64,000 nt of DNA from Eledone cirrhosa (taxonomy: Eukaryota). The notes beneath the pieces are model-generated. The model made no database searches and had not been told where the DNA came from. It saw only the letters and a list, made by a program, of their open reading frames with translations. The stretch lies in the NCBI GenBank assembly GCA_964016885.1, contig OZ024741.1:315146001-315210000 (forward strand), given 5' to 3'. The translations under genes were made by a program, and so were the position numbers. Positions 1 to 10,649 of the stretch are shown piece after piece; position 1 is the first letter of the stretch; each line of letters starts with the position of its first letter.

Positions 1-54
1 CATAGTGACCCTGACCATCAGGGCAAGTGCGCTCTCCAGTTTTCCACCTTTAAT

Positions 55-2656
55 TTACAGACACATACTCAGAGTAAGCCCATTCACTCGGGCCATACTT
101 GCTTCTCTCACCCATCTTTCAACAAAATGCTGGGAAGAGAGCACTTCCCTCTCTACCCTGATTTTCCTTTTCAAATGACATTTGAAAAAGTTAATCAGGG
201 CATCACCGAAGAGGTAAGTGCTCCTCTTCAGCCCTTTCAAACGTGTCCACCATACTATCTCTTTCGCCATGGCCACCAGACAGATAAAAACTGCCTGCCC
301 TTCCCGGCTAAAGGAAGTGGGCGGGGCAATCCTCACGATGGACTCAGCTGATAGCCGGATTCGTCCTACACGCGACAGCAGGTGTTTGACATAAACAAAC
401 AAGTCAGCAATGCTCGAACACTGGACGAGTGCGTGCAGGACGGTTTCGTCGCCCTGCGCGCATCTCGGACATGCCCGGCTGACGGCACCTCCATGCCTGT
501 AGAGTTTTATCCCGAACTGGCAAAGCTCCTCGGTAGCACTGCCAGGCCAGGGATTTCTGGAAGTTGTCCATAGGTCCCGGCCCGAAAGTCCTTCCGAAGA
601 GATTGGCTAGTTGGTTTTCGTCGACGCCTAGAGTTTCTCCAAGTACGTCGTCGCTCTTCCCCTCCACTAATCCTCTATAGAACGCCAAGGTGGAGTTCCA
701 CCGATCACATTGCCCGATTGGTCGAGGGCTGTGAGCGCCTGAAGACATTCCAGTCTCCAAGCGCTCCCTCTCGGTCTTCGTTTGACCCAGGACTGCAGCT
801 CCGTCAAGGAGACGAGCTGGGGAAAGACGTGTCTAGCAAACGGCGACCACACCTGATCACCGTCGAGGAAGAGGTGGAGATGTCGTAGCCTAAGCGCATG
901 TCTGTGCATCATCAGCCACGGCATGCCCAGCCCTCCACGTAGCGGGTGTTGACAGCAGATGGACCGCCGGACCATCGGAGCGCGTCCCTTCCACAAAAAG
1001 CGAAAGAGCAAACGCTCCAGCGCAGTCAGGCGGGGCTTAGGACAAGGTACGACGGTCAGGCGGTAGTAGATGACGGACGCGATGTACGCGTTAGCCACAT
1101 CCGCTCGACCTTTCAGGGATAGCTTCCTCTCCGCCCATTTCTGGGTGAGAGAAGCCAGCCTGCTCGTCACCTCGTCCCAGTTTTTGTTCGTCTGGAGGTC
1201 CGGACCGAACCAGACCCCTAGCAATTTACCGGTCCGTCCGTCCAGCGCCCGACGAGGCTGTTGGACGGCATGGACCTGCCTCTCCAGGTGCCGAGCTGCA
1301 GGCCCACTGACTTTTCCTGGTTGATCATTGCTCCTGTCACCGCTTCGTATTTTCTTAGTGTAGTGCTGATCGCCTCGATGTGTTTGGCGTTCGACACCAC
1401 TACGGTGACATCGTCCGCATATGCTGACACGGATCTTCCACATCCAGTTCGCGTGAGACCCCCCTCAACGTCTCCAGTTTGTGCAGTAATGGCTCGAGAG
1501 TCAATACGTACAAGAGGGACGAGAGGGGACATCCTTGGCGGACCTCGGCGCCTCCGCCACTCGGGCCCATTGAACGACTTTCGTCCCCTCGTTTCTGAGA
1601 GCACGCACCCTAGCTCTGACAACGCAGCCTTCGTTCTTTGCATTGAAGAATTGGTCAAGGGCCAATTTCGCCGCAAGTACGTCGGTCGCGATGCTTTTGC
1701 TAAGCGCCTCGTCTAATTTTCAGACTAGTTCTCCCTCTGCTCTATTTTTCTCTATAGCTAAAGCCTTACTAAACCTAATGGACTCTATTCTAATCGCTCC
1801 TTTCAGAGCAAACCACCACTTGTTGTTGACGATGGCCCCGTCAACGCTGGCTTAACTAGTTCGATAATCCGGTCTCTGTAGGCCTTACGCGCTGGTAAGG
1901 ACGCGTTTAGCTTCCAGTAGCCGGTTCCTCGTCTATGAAGCCTATCTAAGTCAAGCACACAGATCACAAATTTGTGGTCCGTGTAGGTGACTATCTTGAA
2001 TTGTGGACAGCTTATGCTAGACCTATCTATTGCCCTACAAAATACTCTATCTAGATATGATCTGGATGACCCTATACGATTTGTCCAAGTCCACGTTGGC
2101 ACATTCGGGAAATCCAATTGGTACCTATCAGACAGTTCAAAACGCCTGAGCAGGTTGGTGAGGCTCTTGCACCGTCCTCCCTTATCCGCTAATCCCACAC
2201 AGTCCCAGCGTGCATCTAAGATCCCGTTCCAGTCGCCCACTAACACTAAAGAGCGGGACGTTCCTAGAAAGGTCTCCAGACGCCGGAAGAAATCAGGCCG
2301 CCCTGCTCCTGCCGGGGCATAGACGGCCACTAGCCTGAAAGCTTGCCCTTCTCCGCTGGTCACTTCCAGCACCACCAACTTACCTTCTGGGTCCAAGAAG
2401 ATGGCCCGTATGGCGAGATCCAAACCTCTCCGAAAAATCACAGCACCCCCCCCCCCCCCGATCCAGGACAGCTGGGAGATGCGTACACATCGTAGCCGCC
2501 GAAGATTGGTGCGAAGGCCCGTGCTTCGGAGATTCTGGTCTCGCTGATGGCCACTACATCTATGTTTAGTGACCTGAGGTTGTTGAGCAGGTGGCCATGC
2601 TTCCATGACGACCCCAAGCCACGCGCATTTATGCTGCCTATTCTGAGTGAGGTCAT
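55..2656 (-). pseudogene. Tx1 ORF2 (APE endonuclease-reverse transcriptase) remnant, type A
   Basis: Starts MTSLRIGSINARGL and has several frameshifts. A deletion of ~0.8 kb of the RT N-terminal half lies at ~1545 relative to copy 3 (~15731-16549). Confidence 0.9.
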
Positions 2657-2762
2657 GTTGAAATGGAGTGGAAAAGATGGGAAAGACCACTCACCTTACT
2701 TCTCGCAGAGGAAGTGTGGTTTCTCCATCCCTTTTCACTTGATCGTCTCCTGAAGGGACCGT

Positions 2763-4433
2763 TTAATCATCCCTTCGGCTAGTCTTCGGCTCTTCTGTGA
2801 GTATATCCGAATATACTCTCCGGTTGAGTGTCCTTCCTAGGTCTCTGAAATCACCAACTGAGTTGGGGAATTTCGTTTTAATGTTTGTGTATTGTTTCTG
2901 TGCTATTCTTACCAGTCTTATATTCGTTGGTGTTTTGATTGGTGCTGGTATTATGTAGTCGTGCTGTGAAATGTCTGTGTGTTCAATTATGTAAGTCATT
3001 AGTTTATTGTTGTGTGTATTTATTCCTGTGCATTTGTTTTTCTGGGGGTGGGGTGTGGTTCTGCTATTTTCTTGTTGTTGCTGGGTGTGTGTGTTTTGTT
3101 GTGTTTGCGATGTTGGTGCTTGTGGTGGTGGTGTTGAAGGTGTTGTTGTTGTTGTTGGCGGTGGGGTTGCCGCCGGTGGTGATGGTGTTGCTAGTGTGGG
3201 TGGTGATGGTGTTGGTGGTGTTGCTGCTGTAAGTCTCTTTGCAGTAGCCTTTACCCTTTTTTCGTTTCTTTCCTCCTTTTCGAAGGCGACGATGCACTGC
3301 TTCTGCGTTTGTGCCTTCTTGATACATTTTGCCATCCCTCTCCCACCTCACACTCCATGTCCGATTTTGTGAGGTCGGGTAGGGGTACCAGCTCCACTCT
3401 TTCACTTCTTGTTGTTGGTGATGTTTGCAGTGGAGTCTCTGTTGCAGGTGCAGTTGGTATTACTGTTGTTGTTGTTAATACTTCCACTGCTGCTTCTCTT
3501 CTTGATTTCCGTGGCGTGGGTATGAGTGCCACGGACCTATCCTTCCTGGTTGCCACCTGTCCTGTTGCTGGTAGCAGTGGAGCCGGTTTCGGAAAGAAGG
3601 GGGTTTTCTCCTTTCTCAGGGTGTTCTCATTGCAGAAGGCCCAGAGGTGAGTCTTCGATCCACAGCGAAAACATTTCGGGCGTTTGCCCTCAACACTTAT
3701 GGGCAGTTGAGTGCCGTTATCAAAGTCTATCACATCCGGGATAGCTTCGATGCACTCCTGGTTGGTTTGGATTAACATCTCAATGGAGGTGCCGACCCAA
3801 TCTTCTCGTACTTTTTCCTGTACTTGCAGTACAGTTGTTTTGTCCTCGATTCCGACGAGGACAGATGCGGCCAGCCAGGTTCTTTGCGATACCTGCAAAC
3901 GAGATTAGTTTTTCTTAGTTGTTGTTGTTGTCGTCGTCAGAGCTGCTGTTACTGTTGTTGTTGCTGCTGGTACTACGACTGCCGCCGCCGCTGTTGCTGT
4001 GGTTGCCGTTGTTGTTGCTGCTGCTGCTGTTGTTGTTGCTGTTGCTGCTGTTGTTGTTTATGCTGCTGCTGATGCTGTTGCGGCTACTACTGTTGTTTTC
4101 CTTGTCACTGTTGCTGCTGTTGCTGTTATTACGGCTGCTACTGCTATTATTCATGACGTCAGACGAATGAAATGGGTTTCCGTATTTACCGCACACATCT
4201 TTCGTCGTTGTCGTCGTCGTGGAGAAATGTTCCTCGGTTTGCACGTGCTCTTGGAAACTATCAGAAACTATATATTTCTTTTTCTTTAATGGCGTCACTT
4301 GAGAAAGAGACGACACCACATTTAGAGACGGGAGGGAGAGAGACAATCTTCTCTCTGATGTAGTGACGATTGAGGTAGAAGAAGAAGACGGAATGAGTGG
4401 AAGTGACTTGTGAAAATTCTTTTTTGTAGCCAT
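2763..4433 (-). pseudogene. Tx1 ORF1 remnant, type X (N/S-rich N-terminus, CCHC zinc knuckle, P/T-rich linker)
   Basis: Fragments 3915-4433, 3251-3898 and 2763-3335. A deletion of ~0.4 kb lies at ~3878 relative to copy 2. Confidence 0.85.
3918..4152. repeat. mixed (GTT/GCT)n triplet tract encoding the Asn/Ser-rich ORF1 segment
   Basis: Direct reading; translates on the minus strand as NNSSSSRNNSNSSNS... Confidence 0.85.
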
Positions 4434-4647
4434 GTTTTTTTTGGTTTAAAATAAATATTGGGCACAAAACCCCAATAAGCGGTTATTTCACCCCGAAGGG
4501 CCAAATAACGGGCAGAAAGACTCTTCTCACGAGGAGGAGGGTGTTTTTGTCTACAATCTGGTTAAAGTTTTAAACAATTTACAATTGTTATAGCGGTTTA
4601 AATGTACTATACCTTACAGAGCCGAGCGTCCGTCAACCATGGCATTC

Positions 4648-4663
4648 AATAATAATAATAATA
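4648..4663. repeat. (AAT)n microsatellite between copy 1 and copy 2
   Basis: aataataataataata. Confidence 0.9.
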
Positions 4664-4972
4664 AAGATTACTTTATTGTCCACAAGGGCTGACATCAAGA
4701 AAAAACATTACAGACGGCACAGGACGGTACAGCACGGTACGATGTGGGTTTTGTGCGTGTAAATATTTTTTATTATTTATATAAGAAAAGAAAAAAAAAT
4801 GACATAGAAACTTATATATATATAAAGAATAAAAATGGAAATTGAAACAACGAAAAATTCCCCGATAGGAGGGAAACCTCCGAGGGTTACTCGTGGCGAA
4901 AACCACACAAAAGACCACGGCCACCCTGCCCACCAGGGCAAGCGCCCTCTCTCAATTTTTCCGTCTTTCAAA

Positions 4973-7900
4973 CTACAGAAGTATATTCAGAGCGGTTCCG
5001 TTGACTCGGACCATTCTCGCTACATTCACTCACCTTTCAACAAACTTGCTAGAAGGCAGCACTTGCCTCTCCACACTGATTTTCCTCTTCAAGTGAAACT
5101 TGAAAAAGTTAAATAGGGATTCGCCGAAGAGGAAAGTGTCTGTCTTTAACCCTTTTAACCTTGTCCACCACACAATCTCTTTCGCCATGGCCACCAGGTA
5201 GATGAAAACCGCCTGCCCTTCCTCCTCGAAGGAAGACGGCGAAACCATCTGCACAATGGACTCAGTGGATAACCGGATCAGTCCTACACGCGACAGCAAC
5301 TGTTCGACATAGCTCCACAAGTCAGCAATGCTCGGGCACTGAACGAGTGCGTGCACGACGGTTTCGTCGCTCTGCACGCATCTCGGACATGCTCGGCTGA
5401 CGGCACTTCCGTGCCTGTAGAGCTTATCTCGAACCGGCAGCGCTCCCCGGTAGCACTACCAGGCCAGGGATTTTGGGAAGTTATCCATAGGCCCTGGGCT
5501 GAAAGTTGTCCGGTAGAGAGCAAACAGCTGATCTTCTTCGACGCCGAGGATCTCTCCGAGAATGTCGTCGCTCCTCTCCTCCACTAGTCCTCTATAGAAC
5601 GCCAAGGTGGATGTTCCACCGATACTGGTTCCCAGCTGGCCGAGCGCAGTGAGCGCCTGGAGACATTCCAGTTTCCAAGCGCTATCCCTCGGTCTTTTTC
5701 TGACCCCGGACTGCAGCTCCGTCAAGGCGACGAGCTGTGGGAAAACGTGCCTGGCGAACGCCGACCACACCTGTTCACCGTCAAGGAAGCACCAGAGATG
5801 TCGCAGCCTCAGCGCATGTTTGCGCATCATCAGCTATGGTATGCCCAGTCCTCCACGCAACGGGTGTTGAGAGCAGATGGATCGTCTGACCATGGGAGCG
5901 CGTCCCTTCCACAAAAAGCGTAGGAGGAGGCGCTCCATTTTCGTGAGAATTGGGCTGGAGCAAGGGACGACGGTGAGGCGGTAGCAGATGACGGATGCGA
6001 TGTACGCATTCACCGCCTCCGCCCGGCCTTTTAGGGACAGCTTCTCTCGGCCTATTTCTGGGTGAGGGAGGCCACCGTGCACGTCACCTCGTTCCAGTTT
6101 TTTCTCCATCTGGAAGTCCGGTCCGAACCAAACTCCGAGCAATTTAATCGGTCCGTCCGTCCAACGCCCCACGACGCTGTCGGACGGCATGGACTTGCCT
6201 CTCCAGGTGCCGATCTGCAAGCCCACCGACTTTTCCTGGTTTATCTTTGCTCCTGTCACCGCTTCGTATTCCTTGAGAGCGGTGCCGAGCATCTGGACGT
6301 GTCTGGTGCTCGAAACCACCACGGTGACGTCGTCGGCATCCTAGTTCGCGTGGGACGTTCCTTATTGCCCCCAGTTTGTGCAGTAACGGCTCGAGAGCCT
6401 ATACGTACAAGTGGGACGAGAGGGGACAACATTGGCGGACCGAACGCATGATGCTGAACGGCTGTGACAGGTGAACATTCACTCTCACAACTGAGCAGAT
6501 GTAGCTGTATATCGCAGCGATCCAACCCCTGAAAACGGTCCCGAAGCCGGCTGCCTCGGGGCCCGACTCCAAGTACCGATGATCGACCCTATGGAATGAT
6601 TTGGATTGATCCAAGTTGATCAGGGCCCCACCCGTACCAGGTTCCTTAACCACCCTCTCTATGATATATCGCATGAGGTGGAGGTTGTCGTGTATGTATC
6701 TGTCCGGAATGGCGCATGTCTGCGCCTCTCCCACCAGACCCTTGACGACAAGCGCCAACATCGTTTCTAACACCTTGGCCAAAATCTTGAACACTGCGTT
6801 AAGCAGGGTTGTGGGCCTGAGGTTATCGATAACAACGCCGTTGTTCGGGTCTTTTCTCAGCCGCGCCACCGCACCCCGGCTCACAAAAATGGGTATGCTC
6901 CCGTTCTGCTGCCAGTTGCAGTAGACGTCTGCCAAGAGGTCACCGAACAAGTCTGGCATAAATGCATAAAGCTCGTACGGCAGACCATCCAAACCTGGCG
7001 ATTTAACCCTCGCGCAGTTAGCCATCGCTTCCCGTATTTCACCGGCTGTTATTGGCTTTTCGCAACACTGTGCTGCGGTCGTCGAGAGCCGAGGCAGTCC
7101 GTCGAGGTATGCACTAATGTCCGTGCCCCGATCCGGGCCGCCGCTGCTCCAGAACAGTTCAGCAAAGTGCTGCTGAAAAGCTTCACACATCTGCTTGGGT
7201 TCGAGCAACACGCACCCGTTTTGGTCAGACTAAGACCGAATTGTGGCTTTGTTGCAACGTCGCGGCTCTGCCCCCGGCCCATTGGGTGGCTTTTGTCCCC
7301 TCGTGTTTCAGAGCACGCGCTCTAGCTCTGACAAGGCAGACTTCGTGTTTTGCGTTGAAGAATTGGTCGAGTGCCAATCTCGCCGCAAGCACGTCGGTTG
7401 CGATTCCTGTCCTAAACGCCTTTTCTAGCTTTCTGACTAGTTCTCCCTCTACTCTATTTTCCTCTATCACTAGTCCTTTGCTAAACCTAATCGACTCTAC
7501 TTTAATTGCCCTTTTCAGAACGAACCACCACCTGTTGTTGACGACCGCAACCGTCAACGCCCGCTTAACTAATACGCTAATCCGATCTCTGGAGGCTTTG
7601 CGCGCCGGGAAAGACGCGTTCAGCTTCCAGTAATCGGGCCTTTGTCTATGAAGTCTGTCTATGTCGATCACAAATTCGTGGTCTGTATAGTCGACTATCT
7701 TAAATTGTGGACAACTTATACTAGCCTTATCTAGTTCTCTGCGGAATACCCTATCGAGATACGATCTGGATGACCCGATACAGTTTGTCCATGTCCAGTT
7801 TGGCACATTCGGGTGATCCAGTCGGTACCTGTCAGACAGTTCAAAACGTATGAGCAAGTTGGTGAGGCTCTTGCACTCTCCTCCCCTATCCACTAGCCCC

Positions 7901-8220
7901 ACACAATCCCAGCGTGCATCCAAGATACCGTTCCAGTCGCCCACTAACACTAAAGAGCGGGACGTTCCAAGAAAGGTCTCTAGACCTCTGAAGAAATCTG
8001 ACCGTCCTGTCCCTATCGGGACATAGACGGCTACTAGCCTGAAAGCGTTGCCTTCGGTGCCGCTTACGTCCAGCATCACCGACTTACCTTCTGTGTCCAG
8101 GAAGATGGTCCGTATGACGAGACCCAAGCCTTTCTGAAACAACACAGCCACTCCGCCCTCTGCTCCCGTACGGCTCGGAGATGCGTACACCTCGTAACCG
8201 TCGAAGATCGGTGCGAAAGC
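4973..8220 (-). pseudogene. Tx1 ORF2 remnant, type B
   Basis: GDWNG, SYLDRVF, KSPGLDGLPYELY, LDQSKSFHRVDH and CPLSS motifs spread over frameshifted fragments. The N-terminus is lost at the 8220 junction. Confidence 0.9.
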
Positions 8221-9548
8221 TTGTTGTTGTTGTTAATACTTCCACTGCTGCTGCTGTTCTTGATTTCCGTGGCGTGGGTATGGTTTCAGTAGGAGGGGGG
8301 TTTTCTCCCTTCTCGGGGTCTTCTCATTGCAGAAGGCCCTGGGGTGAGTCTTCGACCCACAGCGAAAGCATTTCAGGCGTTTGCTCTCAACACTTATGGG
8401 CAGTTGCGTGCCGTTATCGAAGTCTATCACATCCGGGATAGCTTCGATGCACTCCTGGTTGGTTTGAATTAACATCTCAATGGAGGCGTCGACCCAATCT
8501 TCTCGTACTTTTTTCTGTACTTGCAGTACGGTTTATTTGTCCTCGATTCCGACGAGGACAGACGCGGCCAGCCAAGAAGGGGCCATCCCGGGGGGGGGGG
8601 GGGCTAGGGTCAGTTTGACTCTGACAAATTTTTGCCCGCAGTAGGAGGGCACCAACACCATTTCCTCGCTTCTTAGGGTTACTAAGGATTGAGCCTTTGC
8701 CTCCTGGGGTGTGGCAAAAAACACATCCACGGTGGCATATTTCTTGCCTCGGGTGATATGCGTTTTCCGCTGCCACACAGACTCTAAGGCTTTTTGTATT
8801 TGAGCCTCTGTGGTTCTTTCAACTCTACGTGTTTTTGTGCTTACTGTACGGTACGTGACCGTACAGTGGCTGTTGGGTTTCGAAAAATTCTTCGGCTGCC
8901 TTGCAGATTGCTCGGTGTCCGGTTTTCGTCACCGTCTTCTTTGCTTCCTCTAATTCCTCATTTGTTATAAGGATGGTTTCCAGGTTCTTTGCGATACCTG
9001 CAAACGAGATTGGTTTTTCTTTCTTGTTTTTGTCAGAGCTGCTGTTACTTTTGTTGTTGCCGCGGTTGCTGTTGTTGTTGTTGCTGATGCTGCTCCTGCT
9101 GCTGCTGCTGCTGCTGCTTCTGCTGCTGTTGTTGTTGCTGTTGCTGCTGTTGATGTTGTTGTTTATGCTGTTGCTGATGTTAGTGCGGCTGCTACTAGTA
9201 TTTTCCTCGCCACTGTTGCTGCTGCTGCTGTTATTACGGCTGCTGCTGCTATTCTTCATGACGCCAGACGAATGAAATGGCTTTCCGTATTTACCGCACA
9301 CATCTTTCGTTGTTGTTGTCGTCGTGGAGAAATGTTCCACGGTATGCGCTTCTCTTGATGAAGAACGCTACGAGAAACTACATTTTTCTTTTTCTTTAAT
9401 GGTGTCGCTTGCGAAAGAGGCGACAGAGCGACACCACATTTAGAGAAGGGAGGGAGAGAGACAATCTTTTCTCTGACGTAATGACGATTGGGGAAGAAGA
9501 AGACGGAAGGTGTGGGAGTGATTTGTGAAAATTATTTTTTATAGCCAT
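8221..9548 (-). pseudogene. Tx1 ORF1 remnant, type X
   Basis: ATG at 9548, N/S tract at ~9040-9255, KTHITRGKKYATVDVFF and CFRCGSKTHPRAFC. The C-terminus is deleted. Confidence 0.85.
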
Positions 9549-9777
9549 GTTTTTTTACAGTTTAAAATGAATATTGGGCACAAATCCCCAATAACTGGTT
9601 ATTTAACCCCGAAGTGCCAAATAACGGGCAGAAAGACCCCTTTCACGAGGAGGAGGGTGTCTGTATCTACAATTTGGTTCAAGTTTTAAACAATTTACAA
9701 TTGTTATAACAGTTAAAAATTACAATACCTTACAAAGCCGAGCCTCCGTCAACCATGGCGTTAGATATTAAAAATCA

Positions 9778-9970
9778 TAATAATTGTTTCTATTTTTGGC
9801 ACAAGGCCAGCAAATACCCAGTACATTACTGGTACTTTATTTTATCGACCCCGTAAGGATGAAAGGCAAAGTTAACCTCGGCGGGATTTGAACTCAGAAT
9901 GGCAATAGCCGTAACTCTATACGTCAAAGCATGGCGTCCGACCCTCTACCGATACTGCCAATTCACCGCC
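9778..9970 (-). mobile_element. tRNA-derived SINE, copy 1
   Basis: On the minus strand: GGCGGTGAAT head, A-box-like TGGCAGTATCGG (9949-9960), B box GTTCAAATCC (9884-9893), central GCCTTTCATCCTTACGGGGTCGATAAAAT (Meta-domain-like, from recall) and an (ATT)n tail. Confidence 0.9.
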
Positions 9971-9973
9971 ATT

Positions 9974-10166
9974 AATAATAATTGTTTCTACTTTAGGCAC
10001 AAGGCTAGCAATTACCCAGTACATTACTGGTACTTTATTTTAGCGACCCCGTAAGGATGAAAGGCAAAGTTAACCTCGGCGGGATTTGAACTCAGACTGT
10101 AAAGGGACGTAACTATGCTAGAATGCATGGCGTCCAACCCTCTACCGATACTGCCAATTCACCGCC
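9974..10166 (-). mobile_element. tRNA-derived SINE, copy 2
   Basis: Same head, A/B boxes, core and tail as copy 1. Confidence 0.9.
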
Positions 10167-10169
10167 CTT

Positions 10170-10355
10170 AATAATAATTGTTTCTACTATTGGCACAAGG
10201 CCAGCAATCATACCAGTGCATTACTGGTACTTTATTTTATCGACCCCGTAAGGATGAAAGGCAAAGTTAACCTCGGCTGGATTTGAACTCAGACCCCAAA
10301 GTGACGTAACTATGCTGGAAAGCATGGCGTCCGACCCTCTACCGATACTGCCAAT
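10170..10355 (-). mobile_element. tRNA-derived SINE, copy 3 (lacks first few bases)
   Basis: Same organisation; homology stops at gatactgccaat. Confidence 0.88.
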
Positions 10356-10649
10356 CAAGTCGAAAAATTACAGAACTGAACACAGACAAAAACAAACGCA
10401 ACAGCAAAAGAAAATCAAATTTCAAAAGTTTTGAACGCAACACGCCCTACCTCCCTCGTTGCCATGACTACGAGCTTAACGTAGCTAAAATCAAAAACAG
10501 CAGCAGCAGCAACAATACTTGTAATCGATGTTACTGGCCTTGAAAAACAAAAAGGAAACAAAAAACAAAAAAACTAAGTCAGACATTCAAACATTACAAT
10601 GAAACTTATGTTTATTTTTTTTATGTTTTTATTTATTTATTTGTTTATT

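Larger units (their letters stand above)
1..4647 (-). mobile_element. Tx1/L1-clade non-LTR retrotransposon, copy 1 (3' end runs off window; internally deleted)
   Basis: ORF1 has a CFRCGSKTHLWAFC zinc knuckle. ORF2 has APE motifs (GDWNG, SYLDRVF, TDH), SAYADDVT and a C-terminal CCHC region. The 5' UTR is nearly identical to that of copy 2 and ends at an (AAT)n tract. Confidence 0.93.
4664..9762 (-). mobile_element. Tx1 copy 2 (near full length, inter-ORF region deleted)
   Basis: Minus-strand AATAAA at 4672-4677, ORF2 EN/RT fragments and an ORF1 zinc knuckle. The 5' end matches copy 1 (ccgtcaaccatggc). Confidence 0.92.

Noticed and set aside
2939-4289. plus-strand Cys/Val/Leu-rich short ORFs
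   Set aside because: They are antisense readings of ORF1 low-complexity tracts.
9870-10355. tRNA genes
   Set aside because: The A/B boxes belong to SINE heads that continue into a shared core and tail, and no convincing cloverleaf was seen.
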